64,000 nucleotides of DNA from Candidatus Kapaibacterium sp. (GCA_938031175.1 CALHGZ010000004.1:67635-131634); one strand, 5' to 3'. Numbered from the stretch's first letter, positions 52,027 through 63,103 are shown. Notes: generated by a model not told the origin, from the letters alone. A program made the numbers and translations.

Positions 52027-52139
52027 ATTGCTATTACCCTTATTATTTTCAAAATTTCGAGAATATATATAAACTTATGGCATAAATTTAATAATTCCAA
52101 ATTTTTAAAATTGATATACATCTGAATTTTTAATCAATT

Positions 52140-53918
52140 TTATCTGGAAATAGCTAAAAATTTTAATCCCTCGGGAGTATTCATCCATTTTTGGACAATT
52201 TTTTTAAAGATATGTGCTGATGTAGCACCACCATAAATTTCAGACTTAGGTCGTTCAATCAATACAATCATAGTAATTTTAGGTGCTTCGGCGGGGAAAA
52301 AACCGATAAAACTAGCATTATAGAATTCTTTTGAATAATTACCACTTTCATATTGTTGAGATGTAGCTGTTTTACCGGCAATTTTTAATCCCTTTATTTT
52401 GGCATTACGTCCGGTACCACTTTCGACTACATTTACAAGTAAATTAATAAGAGCTTTTGCAGTTGATTCAGATATAGTATTACCGATAATACTGGTAGAA
52501 TTTTGAAATATTAGTTCACCATTCTGACTTGCGATTTTATCAACAATATAAGGTTTAATGAGTTTTCCTGAATTGGCAATTGAATTGTATGCAACGAGCA
52601 GTTGTAATGGTGATATTGTCAATCCATAACCAAAACCGAGATATAATTTATCATGATAGTTCAATTTATCAGCATCTGGGATTTTCCCTTTTGCTTCTCC
52701 CGGTAATTCAATACCAATAATTGAGCCAAATCCAAATTTTTTCAAATAATTTATAATAGTTTGATTTTTTAAGCGTGCAGCTATTTGTGCAAAAACTATA
52801 TTGCTTGAGAATTTGAATGCCGTTGCTAAATCAGCATCACGTAGCGGATGTTCGTCACGAATTACAAATGAATTTGTCTGATATAATCCATTGTAAGCAT
52901 CGAAAATTTCATTATAAGAAATAATTTTCTCTTCAAGAGCCATTGCGGCGGTAATTAATTTGAATGTAGAGCCTGGCTCATAGGTATCTGATATTCCTTT
53001 GATTCGCAAATTGGTAAGATTTTGACGTTTTGATTCATTTGGGTCAAAATTTGGAAAAGAGGCAATTGCGATAATCTCGCCAGTTGAGGAATTCATTGCT
53101 ATTACTAATCCTGATTCTGCAGCGTATTTTTCAATACCCTGTTTAAGTTCGAATTCTACAATTTGTTGAAAATTGATATCAATTGTAAGATAGACGTTGC
53201 TCCCGTGCTGAGCTTCTTGAACAGGTAAAGAAGCAGAAGGATGCAAATAACCTAATCCATCACGGTGTAAATACATATAACCGCTATTTCCTCGAAGAAT
53301 CGAATCCATAGATTTTTCTATTCCGCTTATTCCGATATGGTCAATATTCGTACAACCAATGACTTGTGCGGCTAATTCAGAATATGGATAATATCGTCTT
53401 TGCTCTTCAATTAAGATTAAACCTCTGGATTTAATTTTTTTTAGTTTTTCAACCTTTTGTGGTTGCTGATGGCGTAAAAGCCATATAAATTGACTATTTG
53501 AATTGATTATTTTCTGGAAGTAATAATCTGATGGGTAATTTGAAATTAGTGCTAATTCATTGCAAATTTCCATCAATTGTTTGTAAATTTTTTCTTGATC
53601 AACAGGTTTATTACTTTTGAAAAGAGATGGGTCGCAGGCTATGGATATACTCAGTAAATCTTTACTCAAAATATTACCATTTTTATCGTAAATAATTCCT
53701 CTTGAGGGGTTGATTTCGACTTTGGTGTGATGTTGTTTTTTTGCTATTTCGCTATATTTTTTGTGATTAATTATCTGAATCTCGAAAAGTTTTACTAAAA
53801 CAATAATTAACGACAAAGAAATGATAATCATTATCATTCTGAATTTCCAGAATTTAATTTTGAGTACCTGCTGTTTGTCAGTATTATTATATTCAACAAT
53901 ATGTGTATGATTGTTCAT
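52140..53918 (-). CDS. ftsI: Class B penicillin-binding protein (FtsI/PBP3-like)
   Basis: RG.IYDKNG, RRYYP, GISGIEK, LTID, YEPGSTFK (SxxK), SSN (SxN), GKTATSQ (KTG variant). Confidence 0.85.
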   Translation of the reverse strand: MNNHTHIVEYNNTDKQQVLKIKFWKFRMIMIIISLSLIIVLVKLFEIQIINHKKYSEIAKKQHHTKVEINPSRGIIYDKNGNILSKDLLSISIACDPSLFKSNKPVDQEKIYKQLMEICNELALISNYPSDYYFQKIINSNSQFIWLLRHQQPQKVEKLKKIKSRGLILIEEQRRYYPYSELAAQVIGCTNIDHIGISGIEKSMDSILRGNSGYMYLHRDGLGYLHPSASLPVQEAQHGSNVYLTIDINFQQIVEFELKQGIEKYAAESGLVIAMNSSTGEIIAIASFPNFDPNESKRQNLTNLRIKGISDTYEPGSTFKLITAAMALEEKIISYNEIFDAYNGLYQTNSFVIRDEHPLRDADLATAFKFSSNIVFAQIAARLKNQTIINYLKKFGFGSIIGIELPGEAKGKIPDADKLNYHDKLYLGFGYGLTISPLQLLVAYNSIANSGKLIKPYIVDKIASQNGELIFQNSTSIIGNTISESTAKALINLLVNVVESGTGRNAKIKGLKIAGKTATSQQYESGNYSKEFYNASFIGFFPAEAPKITMIVLIERPKSEIYGGATSAHIFKKIVQKWMNTPEGLKFLAISR

Positions 53919-53919
53919 A

Positions 53920-54864
53920 TCAAGGGAAAAATATATATTTAATGCTTAAAGTGGTTATAATAATCATTAAAATCCATTTTATAATTTTTGCCGGAATATA
54001 TTTTTGCAATGTAGCTCCTGTATATATTCCAGCCAACCCACCAATACCAAATAATATTCCAAGAATCCAGTCTGGAGCTACGGAGAATTGTGGGTAAAAG
54101 CCAGATAAAATTTGATAATAAAGAACTCCGGCAATGGATGTAATAAAAGTCCCCATAAGAGCAGCACCAGCAACAGTATAAACGGGCAAATGGAAAAGAG
54201 CAACGAAGATAGGTGCCATGATTGCTCCACCACCAATACCGTAGATACCACCTACGATTCCGACTATACTGCTAACAAAGAAAATAATTGGAGTTGAGAC
54301 TGTGAAGCTTTCACCATAAAATTCATATTCAAGTTTTTTAAGATTGAATTTAATGAGTTTAACTTTTGGTAATTCTTCCTGTAATGTTGAATGATGCTCT
54401 GAATTTTTCCAATTTTTGACTAATTCTCGGAATTTTTCTTCAGCCCCATTTAATTTGCCATTATTATGAGTTTTAATTAAATCTAAAAGCATTCTAAGTC
54501 CAATATACAAAAGGACAAACCCGGCAAAAATTTTAAATGCCGTAGGATCTGGCAGATATTCAATCCGAATAATGGCACCGATGAAAACGCCTGGTAATGT
54601 ACCTGCTATAACAATCAAAGTAAGTGGCCAAACCATACGGCCTTCTTTTATATAACGGATCACACCTCCGGGAATAGCTATGATATTATACAATTGATTT
54701 GTTGAACTAACTGAAGGATTAGTAAATCCTAGAACGCTAACCTGGAAGGGTAAGAGTAAAAACGCTCCTGAGACACCACCAACTGATGTAAAAATTGATA
54801 TGATAAAAGCTACTAAAGGAGGAATCCACGGAGCAACTTCAATACCAGCTGTTTCAAAAAACAT
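53920..54864 (-). CDS. Sulfite exporter TauE/SafE family membrane protein
   Basis: GGVSGAFLLLPFQ, GIYGIGGGAIMAP, duplicated TM halves; ATG at 54864 after GAGG. Confidence 0.88.
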   Translation of the reverse strand: MFFETAGIEVAPWIPPLVAFIISIFTSVGGVSGAFLLLPFQVSVLGFTNPSVSSTNQLYNIIAIPGGVIRYIKEGRMVWPLTLIVIAGTLPGVFIGAIIRIEYLPDPTAFKIFAGFVLLYIGLRMLLDLIKTHNNGKLNGAEEKFRELVKNWKNSEHHSTLQEELPKVKLIKFNLKKLEYEFYGESFTVSTPIIFFVSSIVGIVGGIYGIGGGAIMAPIFVALFHLPVYTVAGAALMGTFITSIAGVLYYQILSGFYPQFSVAPDWILGILFGIGGLAGIYTGATLQKYIPAKIIKWILMIIITTLSIKYIFFP

Positions 54865-54868
54865 TGTC

Positions 54869-55186
54869 TTATTCCTCTTTATTTTGTATTGTAATTTTTT
54901 CTGGAAAAGTATCGGTTTCAACCATTCCTAATTTCTCTTTTGCTAATGGAATTATCCTTTCAGCAGATTCCAATTTATTTATTTTGGTTTTTAAAATTGA
55001 TAATTCTACCTCTAATTCGGCTTTTCGCTTTTCGAGTTTATGAATCTGCCGGAGCATTCTTTCTATTTCAATAACATTATAAACATAAAGTGTAGCAATT
55101 GATGCCAATAGAACAATAGCAATAAAAATTAACCAACGTTTTTTTGTGAGATTATTATTGGATTTTATAAGTTCGCCGGAAATCAT
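54869..55186 (-). CDS. ftsL: Cell division protein FtsL-like
   Basis: Short cytoplasmic N-terminus, one TM, leucine heptad coiled coil, LES.ERI...AKEKLGM. Confidence 0.72.
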   Translation of the reverse strand: MISGELIKSNNNLTKKRWLIFIAIVLLASIATLYVYNVIEIERMLRQIHKLEKRKAELEVELSILKTKINKLESAERIIPLAKEKLGMVETDTFPEKITIQNKEE

Positions 55187-55525
55187 TTTAGTAAATTAAG
55201 TTCCTGTCGTTACAAGAATATATCAATTTAATCGTTTAAAAAGTTGTATTATCACAATATCCAAATTTAATATTGATTAAATTAAATTTAGCCATAATTT
55301 TAAAATAAAAAATTTTGTAAATTCCATAAATTCTTTTATATTTGATAATCGTAAAGATTTTACACACTTAGTTCATAATAACCACATAAATCCCTTTTTA
55401 AAATTATATTAAAATGGAAATAAGTTTCTTGATTATATTTTTAATCCCTCAAATAATCAAAAAGTAGATGATATCATATCTCAATGCACGAATAATATTT
55501 ATTAATAATAAATCAAAGGTCTTTT

Positions 55526-56854
55526 ATGAGCCGTAACAATAATAATTTAAACAATTCTAATCATAATACTGCGACAGACTCGGCAGTAATCGATATTAAT
55601 GAACTTAAATCCAAAAAAATAGCTGAGCTGACGAAGATGGCAAAATCTTTGGGTATAACCAATTTCGCCGATCTAAGGAAGCAGGAGCTCATTGTTAAAA
55701 TTGTTGAAGCTCAAAATAATAAACAGAAAGAGCAACATGTTGAAGGATTAATTACCAGTGGTGGAGTATTAGAGGTTTTACCCGATGGTTACGGATTCCT
55801 TCGCTCAGCGGATTATAATTATCTTCCTTCTCCTGATGATATATATGTATCACCATCTCAAATCAAAAGATTTGTTCTACGTACGGGCGATACAATAACA
55901 GGACAAGTCAGACCACCAAAGGATTCAGAACGCTTCTTTGCTTTGTTAAAAGTAGAATCGGTGAATTTTACCAGTCCCGAGGAAATGAGAGAGCGGACAA
56001 TTTTCGATAATTTAACTCCGCTATATCCAATGGAGCGAATTAACCTCGAAGTTAGTCCGAGCGAATATTCTATGAGGATTGTCAATATGCTTTGCCCGAT
56101 TGGTAAAGGACAGAGAGGATTAATTGTATCTCCACCAAAATCAGGTAAAACAATTCTTTTACAGCAGATTGCTAATAGCATATCAAAAAATCATCCTGAA
56201 ATTAAGTTAATTGTACTTTTAATAGATGAACGACCAGAAGAAGTTACCGATATGGAGCGGAGCGTAAAAGCAGAGGTAATTTCATCAACTTTCGATGAAC
56301 CACCTGATCGGCACGTTCAAGTTGCTGATATGGTATTGGAAAAAGCAAAACGTTTGGTTGAAGCAAAGCTCGATGTGGTAATACTTTTAGATTCAATAAC
56401 ACGTTTAGCCCGTGCTCATAACACAGTAGTACCGCATTCAGGTAAAATACTATCTGGCGGTGTTGATGCAAATGCACTTCACAAACCCAAAAGGTTTTTT
56501 GGTGCTGCAAGAAATGTTGAAGAAGGTGGTTCCTTGACTATTATTGCAACAGCATTGATAGAGACTGGTAGCAGAATGGATGAAGTAATTTTCGAAGAAT
56601 TCAAAGGGACGGGAAATATGGAATTGGTCTTAGATAGACGTATTGCGGACAGACGCGTTTATCCTGCTATTGATGTTAATAAATCCGGTACTAGAAGAGA
56701 GGAATTATTGCTCGATGTTGAAGAGTTGAACAGAATTTGGGTTCTCAGAAAAGTTTTGAGTGAATTCCAACCTGTTGATGCTATGGAATTCCTGCTCAAT
56801 AGATTAAAAGGGACGAAATCTAACCGGGATTTCTTAATGGGAATGAACTCATAG
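55526..56854 (+). CDS. rho: Transcription termination factor Rho
   Basis: [57 protein letters not shown]. Confidence 0.98.
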   Translation: MSRNNNNLNNSNHNTATDSAVIDINELKSKKIAELTKMAKSLGITNFADLRKQELIVKIVEAQNNKQKEQHVEGLITSGGVLEVLPDGYGFLRSADYNYLPSPDDIYVSPSQIKRFVLRTGDTITGQVRPPKDSERFFALLKVESVNFTSPEEMRERTIFDNLTPLYPMERINLEVSPSEYSMRIVNMLCPIGKGQRGLIVSPPKSGKTILLQQIANSISKNHPEIKLIVLLIDERPEEVTDMERSVKAEVISSTFDEPPDRHVQVADMVLEKAKRLVEAKLDVVILLDSITRLARAHNTVVPHSGKILSGGVDANALHKPKRFFGAARNVEEGGSLTIIATALIETGSRMDEVIFEEFKGTGNMELVLDRRIADRRVYPAIDVNKSGTRREELLLDVEELNRIWVLRKVLSEFQPVDAMEFLLNRLKGTKSNRDFLMGMNS

Positions 56855-57062
56855 AGTTTGATAAACCAAAAAAAATTAATCTTAAATTCAAAATATTGTT
56901 TGCTTAATGATAATCAGTAGCTTAAATCGATTAAACAAAGCTGAATATCATTTGGAACAGAAATTTATTCGGATTTTGTATTCTTGAGCGTTTTCATAGG
57001 TTAGCAAATATTATTATTTAATCTTTTGTATTATCAAAATATATTTAATTTTAAATTTTGGA

Positions 57063-58421
57063 TTAAATAATTTCGAGATAACTTTTTATTTCCCAATCAG
57101 AGACGTGAATTCTGTATTCGTCCCACTCTTTTGATTTGGCACGGATGTATTTTTTAAGTAATTCATCGCCGAGGACCGAAGCTATAATCTCATTGCGTTT
57201 AAGAGCAATGATTGCTTCCATTAAAGTTCGAGGCAAAACCTCAATCTTCATTTCTGATAATTTATAGTCATCAAATTCAAATACATCTTCTTCTACTGGT
57301 TCAGGTGGGTTAATTTTATTTTTTATTCCATCCAATCCGGCTTTAAGCAAAACAGCAAATGCCAAATATGGATTTGAGCTGGGGTCGGGGCAACGGATTT
57401 CGAGGCGGGTAGAATTTTCTTTACCGGGGCTGTACTTTGGTACACGGATAAGAGCGCTTCTGTTTATTCTTGCCCAACAAATATATGTTGAAGCCTCGTA
57501 GCCGGGGACTAATCTTTTGTAAGAATTAACAATTGGATTAAGTATAGCACACATAGATTTAGCGTGGAGAATTTGTCCGCCAAGAAAATAATAAGCTGTT
57601 TCTGATAAATTATATTTATCATCTGGATTAAAAAAGGCATTTGTGTTTGTTTTGATATCAAATAGACTTTGATGAACATGCATTCCGCTACCATTGACAC
57701 CGGTTATAGGTTTTGGCATAAAAGTAGCGTGTAAGCCATGTTTTTGTGCTATAGCTTTTAGCGTTGATTTCAATGTCATTACCTTATCGGCAGCATTAAG
57801 GGCATTGTCATATTTAAAACCTATTTCGTGTTGGCCGTAAGCAACTTCGTGGTGGCTGGATTCAACTTCAATACCCATTTTTTGTAAATTCTGCATCATT
57901 TCGCGTCGAACGTCGAAACCTAAATCAAGCACTAAATCGAAATACTGACCTATATCGTGTGGTTCGATTAATTTATCTGCACTTGTTTTAATTTTACCAT
58001 TTTCTTTTTTGAAAAGAAAGAATTCACATTCTGGGCCAGTATTATAAATATAACCTAGTTGCTCGGCTTCCTTCAGTATTTTTTTCAATATGTATCTTGG
58101 GTCACAATCGTAAGGTTCGCCGTTAGGGGTTAATACATCGCAAATGACACGAGCGACATTTTTCTCTTGAGATATCATCCACGGAACAATTGTATAAGTA
58201 TTAAGATCAGGCATCAGACGCATATCGGATTCTGATATACGTGAGAAACCCTCAACGGAAGAACCATCAAACCATACACCATTATCAATTGCATCTGGGA
58301 ATTTTTCAACGGGTATAGTTACGCTTTTTGCCATACCCATTATATCGGAAAATTGCAGATTAACAAAATCTACATTATCTTTTCTTATCTGTTCTAGTAT
58401 TCTCTCTTTTAATGATTCCAT
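57063..58421 (-). CDS. glnA: Glutamine synthetase type I
   Basis: FDGSSVEGF, GPECEFFLF, HHEVAYGQHEI, ATFMPKP..GVNGSGMHVHQSL, SYKRLVPGYEA, RLEIRCPDP. Confidence 0.96.
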   Translation of the reverse strand: MESLKERILEQIRKDNVDFVNLQFSDIMGMAKSVTIPVEKFPDAIDNGVWFDGSSVEGFSRISESDMRLMPDLNTYTIVPWMISQEKNVARVICDVLTPNGEPYDCDPRYILKKILKEAEQLGYIYNTGPECEFFLFKKENGKIKTSADKLIEPHDIGQYFDLVLDLGFDVRREMMQNLQKMGIEVESSHHEVAYGQHEIGFKYDNALNAADKVMTLKSTLKAIAQKHGLHATFMPKPITGVNGSGMHVHQSLFDIKTNTNAFFNPDDKYNLSETAYYFLGGQILHAKSMCAILNPIVNSYKRLVPGYEASTYICWARINRSALIRVPKYSPGKENSTRLEIRCPDPSSNPYLAFAVLLKAGLDGIKNKINPPEPVEEDVFEFDDYKLSEMKIEVLPRTLMEAIIALKRNEIIASVLGDELLKKYIRAKSKEWDEYRIHVSDWEIKSYLEII

Positions 58422-58601
58422 AATAATTTTAGTTAGTTGAATATTAAAATATTAGTTTGAACAAAAAAATATTCTCAAACTTAAAAAGTTCAGTTATTTA
58501 AAAAAAAGCAAATTTTATTTTTTAAAAAAATTTATGCATTTTGATATAAATTTAAGATATTTGAATTAAGAGAGGAAACAGTAAAACATAATAGGTTGTT
58601 A

Positions 58602-61160
58602 ATGAGTAAAAGAGCAAAAAAATATTTTGTAGACAAATCTGGCTCTGGTCAGATAAACATGCCGAAGCAAGTGGTACCTGAAAAATATCAAGATCTTATT
58701 TACTGCATTATTTTAATACTTTCGATTTATATTTTCTTTATAGGAGCGATATTTGGTGGAGGCTTTGGTGCATCCGATAATTTAGCTTCTGAGAGTTTCT
58801 CTACTTATTTAGCAAAAGCCAAAGAATCGGGTCAATTTCCTCACTGGCTTCCATATATATTTTGCGGATTACCTGGCTATGCAGCATTGCTAGTAACTGG
58901 TGAAAGATTATGGGATTTTATTCCTCAAATTATATTTACTTTAACAGAGTTTGTGGGGACTATTTTTGATAGTGACTTAGCACGTGTTTTATGTTTTTAT
59001 GCAATTTATGCAATAGGAATGTATGTATTAATGAGATACAAAGAGCATAATAGATTTGTTTCGTTTATAACTGCTTTTGCTGCTGTCTTCTCCACACAGA
59101 TTATATTATGGGTAATGATAGGACATAATACTAAACCAATTGTATTTTCAATGTTCCCTTGGATTTTTCTCTTAATTGAAAAGTTAAGAGAAAAATTTTC
59201 AATTTTTTATACTGCAATTCTCATTTTTATTGTGCATTTTATGGTATCAGGCTCACATATACAAATGATTTTCTATGGTATTTGTGCTTTTGGATTATAT
59301 TTATTATTTGAATTAATAAGTAGGCTTTTAACCAAGAGAGAGCCTCTGTCAGTAGTACGAGTAACGATATTATTGCTTATATCGGGTTCCATGGCATTTT
59401 TAATGTCGGCAGACAGATATTTCAGTACGATGGAATATACGCCGTATTCAACTCGTGGCTCTGCACCAGCAGTTAACGTGGATAGATCTCAGGATGCAAC
59501 TGGTGGTAATACTTATGAATATGCCACAATGTGGTCATTCAGTCCACCGGAAATGATAACATTTTTTGTACCTAATTATTTCGGTTTTGGCCAGATGAAA
59601 TATAAAGGACCTTTGACAAATAACCGTGAAATTAAAATGCCAATGTATTGGGGACAAAAAGAATTCGAGGATGCACCTCCTTATATGGGGATAGTAGTTA
59701 TTTTCTTGGCAATTGTCGGTATTGTGCTTTATAGGCGTGATATATTCATTCAATTTTTAATTGTGCTATCAGTTTTTTCATTACTACTTTCCTTCGGAAA
59801 AAACTTTTCAATATTATATGACCTATTCTACTACTACGTTCCATCATTCAATAAATTCCGTGCGCCAAGTATGGCACTTGCATTATTGCAATTTGCAGTA
59901 CCAATTTTAGCCGGCTATGGTTTAACCGGAATTATTAACTGGCAAAAAAAATTACCAAAGGAGCAAAAAAAATTATTTTTATTTAGTGTTGTCGCACCCA
60001 TAGGCTTATTAATATCGGGATTTCTTTTCACAATTCTTTTCAAAAGTGCATATATGGATGCTGTCGCAGGCTCTAGGTTTATAGCTACACTTGCATCAAA
60101 TTATGGCCAATCCACTGCCCTGGAATTTCAGAAAGTCATCTTTAAAGAAATGAGCTCCGATTGGTATATGACCGGATTTTTAGCATCTTTAGCAGGATTA
60201 TTTATTTACCTTTATGTTAAAGGTAAAATAAAGAATTTCTCTTTATTTGCGATCTTAATATTTTTAGTAATGATAATAGATCTATGGCGTGTAGGTTATC
60301 GACCTATGGATTATGAAGATAAAAAATCAGATTGGCGAAAGGTTTATTTCCAAAAAACTGATGTTATAAATTTTTTACAGCAAGATACAACAATTTTCCG
60401 AATAGCTGACTTTGCATCCCCAACACCCAATTTACCAGCATATTTTTTACTTGAAAATGTAGGAGGGTATCATTCTGCAAAGCTCAGAGTTTATCAGGAT
60501 TTACTTGATGTAATCGAGGGAGGTTCAACATCAAATGTAACAAGCCCATTTTTATGGAACTTAATGAATGTAAAATATATAATAACTAATAGACCATTAG
60601 GTGAGAATATAGAAGCAATTTTCCAATCCCAACAGACAGGTCAATATGTTTATTATAATCCTGAGATGCTCGAGCGAGCTTTTTATGTTGATAGTGTTAT
60701 TGTTGCAGACCAGCCCGTAGATATTTTATACAAGATGAAAAACAAAGAATTCAACCCTGCTGAAGTTGCTTATGTTGAAAAAAGTTTACCAATTAAAATT
60801 GATAAACCTGCTGAAAATGATTATGTTCGGATTTTGCAGAAAGAAAACGAATATATTAGATTGGAGGCATTGTCTTCAGGAAATAATCTTATGTTTATAA
60901 GTGAAATTTATTATCCCCCTTGCTGGAAAGCATATATTGATGGTAAAGAAACAGAAATAATCAAAACAAATTATGCCTTTCGTTCGATAATAATACCTGC
61001 TGGTAAGCATATAGTTGAATTTAAATATATAGCAGACCAGTTTGAAAAAGGTAAAAATATTAGTTTAGCTGCAAATTTACTCACATTATTTGTATTAATT
61101 ATTGGAGTAGTTTTAGAACTTAGAAACAAAAGGAAAGGTAAGTCAAAAGTCAGTCAATAA
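58602..61160 (+). CDS. YfhO-family polytopic membrane protein (GT-C-like glycosyltransferase)
   Basis: PHWLPYIFCGLP, GHNTK, HIQMIFY, YWGQ..F...PPY.G, FNKFRAP, GYHSAKL, SEIYYP..WKAYIDG, NYAFR..IPAGKH.VEF. Confidence 0.85.
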   Translation: MSKRAKKYFVDKSGSGQINMPKQVVPEKYQDLIYCIILILSIYIFFIGAIFGGGFGASDNLASESFSTYLAKAKESGQFPHWLPYIFCGLPGYAALLVTGERLWDFIPQIIFTLTEFVGTIFDSDLARVLCFYAIYAIGMYVLMRYKEHNRFVSFITAFAAVFSTQIILWVMIGHNTKPIVFSMFPWIFLLIEKLREKFSIFYTAILIFIVHFMVSGSHIQMIFYGICAFGLYLLFELISRLLTKREPLSVVRVTILLLISGSMAFLMSADRYFSTMEYTPYSTRGSAPAVNVDRSQDATGGNTYEYATMWSFSPPEMITFFVPNYFGFGQMKYKGPLTNNREIKMPMYWGQKEFEDAPPYMGIVVIFLAIVGIVLYRRDIFIQFLIVLSVFSLLLSFGKNFSILYDLFYYYVPSFNKFRAPSMALALLQFAVPILAGYGLTGIINWQKKLPKEQKKLFLFSVVAPIGLLISGFLFTILFKSAYMDAVAGSRFIATLASNYGQSTALEFQKVIFKEMSSDWYMTGFLASLAGLFIYLYVKGKIKNFSLFAILIFLVMIIDLWRVGYRPMDYEDKKSDWRKVYFQKTDVINFLQQDTTIFRIADFASPTPNLPAYFLLENVGGYHSAKLRVYQDLLDVIEGGSTSNVTSPFLWNLMNVKYIITNRPLGENIEAIFQSQQTGQYVYYNPEMLERAFYVDSVIVADQPVDILYKMKNKEFNPAEVAYVEKSLPIKIDKPAENDYVRILQKENEYIRLEALSSGNNLMFISEIYYPPCWKAYIDGKETEIIKTNYAFRSIIIPAGKHIVEFKYIADQFEKGKNISLAANLLTLFVLIIGVVLELRNKRKGKSKVSQ

Positions 61161-61161
61161 A

Positions 61162-61755
61162 ATGGATGATAAAGAAATAATATTGTGGTTTGAAAAGGAA
61201 TCCGGTAAAGGTGAATATATTGTGATTCCTGAAGAAATTTTTAATCAGATCACTCCACAGCAAAGTGAAATCATATGTAAAAAATTTGCTGGTAATACTT
61301 TGATTCGTTTACCTGATTATGAAATACGTTTTTTTGAATGGCTTAAAATTGTTGATAGGGATATTTGGGATGATTTATGGAGTGGTTCAGACGATGAACC
61401 ATACATAGTTGGTATCTCATTTCTAACTTCACTTCTTAAAAAGAATGGTCGAGGCTTCCCAATATGCGATTTAATGAATAATGACAATTACTATTTTTCA
61501 CCTGCCCACTTAGCTGAGCAGGAATCAAAGGATTTTATTATATCATCGCAGGAGCGACTTTTTAATAATGAAGAATTAACAATACCTCAACTTTTAGCAC
61601 TTGAAATTTATAATGAAGCAATTGACATTTGGCATTTTGCTTATCTACATAAAATAAGTTTGGAAGAGGCAAAAAACGCAGTTAAAGAGTTAGTTGAGGA
61701 CAACGTGTTAGTACATTTAAAAACAGCTGAATTACTTGCAAATTTCATAGAGTGA
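61162..61755 (+). CDS. Hypothetical acidic protein
   Basis: 197-aa ORF packed between yfhO and lysC; RLPDYEIRFFEWLK and GFPICDL motifs. Confidence 0.7.
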   Translation: MDDKEIILWFEKESGKGEYIVIPEEIFNQITPQQSEIICKKFAGNTLIRLPDYEIRFFEWLKIVDRDIWDDLWSGSDDEPYIVGISFLTSLLKKNGRGFPICDLMNNDNYYFSPAHLAEQESKDFIISSQERLFNNEELTIPQLLALEIYNEAIDIWHFAYLHKISLEEAKNAVKELVEDNVLVHLKTAELLANFIE

Positions 61756-61758
61756 TTG

Positions 61759-63099
61759 ATGATAGTAGCTAAATTTGGGGGTACTTCTGTAGCCGATGCT
61801 AATTCAATGATAAGAGTTGGCAATATTCTACTGGCAAAAGTAGGAAAACCTGTGTTGGTAGTTTTATCCGCATCAGCTGGTATAACAGATAAATTACATC
61901 AACTCGTAATCTTTTCAGCAGAAAGAAATTCTGAAAATGTTCTAAATCTGCTCAATTTTTTGGAAGCACATCATAAAGAAATAATCAGTGAATTATTCAA
62001 AGACAAAAGATTGAGAGATGAAGCCTTAAATGAAATAGGTAAAATACTTTCTGAGATCAGAAAATTAGCAGAAGGCATATCTCTTTTAGGAGAATATACA
62101 TTACAAACTATTGATTCGATGATTCATTACGGTGAGATTCTTTCTTCCAAAATTTTTTATTTATATCTATCATCGATTGCTGATAAAGTAGAGTATTTTG
62201 ATGTAAGAGATGTTTTAAAAACAGATGAAAACTTCACAAATGCAAATGTATTAGAGGAGCGAAGTCGTTATTATGTATTAAATTTATTAAAGCCCATATT
62301 AGATAGAAATGATTTTGTAGTTACGCAAGGTTTTATTGCTTCGAGTGAATCAGGGAAAACAACAACAATTGGCAGAGGAGGTTCTGATTATACGGCATCA
62401 TTACTCGGCGGGTACCTTAAAGCAGATGAGATTCAAATTTGGTCTGATGCGAACGGAATAATGACAGCTGATCCTAAATTGACAAATAAAGCTAAGACTA
62501 TTAAATACATTACTTATAGTGCAGTAAAGGAACTATCATATTTCGGTGCAAAGATACTCCATTCTGCCTCGATTAAACCTGCAATCAAAAGCCACATACC
62601 GGTTAAGGTATTGAATAGTTTTGAGATGGATAATCCCGGTACGCTTATCTTTGATAAAATTTATGAAGAATTTCATTTAAGTTATTGTTTTGTCTTAAAA
62701 GAAAATTGTGTTCATTATAGTTTTGATTTTAATGGAGATAGCAATTATTTTTTCTTAATTCTATCTAATTTAGTCAAAAATAATATCAATCCAATTTTTT
62801 TTGTTGGGAATGTAAATCAGCTAAATATTATTTTTGACCAGCCATTAACAAGTGAAAATGAGGAAATTATTATCAAAAAAAGCCTTGCCAATATTTATCG
62901 TCAAGAAGTTGATGTTATTTTAATTGCAAATAATGATTTCAATAAAAATTTCGGCCTCGATATAGATTCGATTCTTAAGTCAATGGGTATTTATGATAAG
63001 CTGTTGTGCTTTAACCAATATTCATATATTGTGTTATTAACGCATTTAGGGCAGGGAGGCTCAATAATCAAATTACTCCACGATTCGATTATTCATTGA
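61759..63099 (+). CDS. lysC: Aspartate kinase
   Basis: VAKFGGTSVA, VVLSA.AGITD, GEILSS, VTQGFIA, TTIGRGGSDYTA, ELSYFGAKILH. Confidence 0.9.
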   Translation: MIVAKFGGTSVADANSMIRVGNILLAKVGKPVLVVLSASAGITDKLHQLVIFSAERNSENVLNLLNFLEAHHKEIISELFKDKRLRDEALNEIGKILSEIRKLAEGISLLGEYTLQTIDSMIHYGEILSSKIFYLYLSSIADKVEYFDVRDVLKTDENFTNANVLEERSRYYVLNLLKPILDRNDFVVTQGFIASSESGKTTTIGRGGSDYTASLLGGYLKADEIQIWSDANGIMTADPKLTNKAKTIKYITYSAVKELSYFGAKILHSASIKPAIKSHIPVKVLNSFEMDNPGTLIFDKIYEEFHLSYCFVLKENCVHYSFDFNGDSNYFFLILSNLVKNNINPIFFVGNVNQLNIIFDQPLTSENEEIIIKKSLANIYRQEVDVILIANNDFNKNFGLDIDSILKSMGIYDKLLCFNQYSYIVLLTHLGQGGSIIKLLHDSIIH

Positions 63100-63103
63100 A
63101 ACC

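Noticed and set aside
55414-55467. 17-aa upstream ORF in the rho leader
   Set aside because: No SD and no regulatory codon pattern; expected by chance in AT-rich DNA
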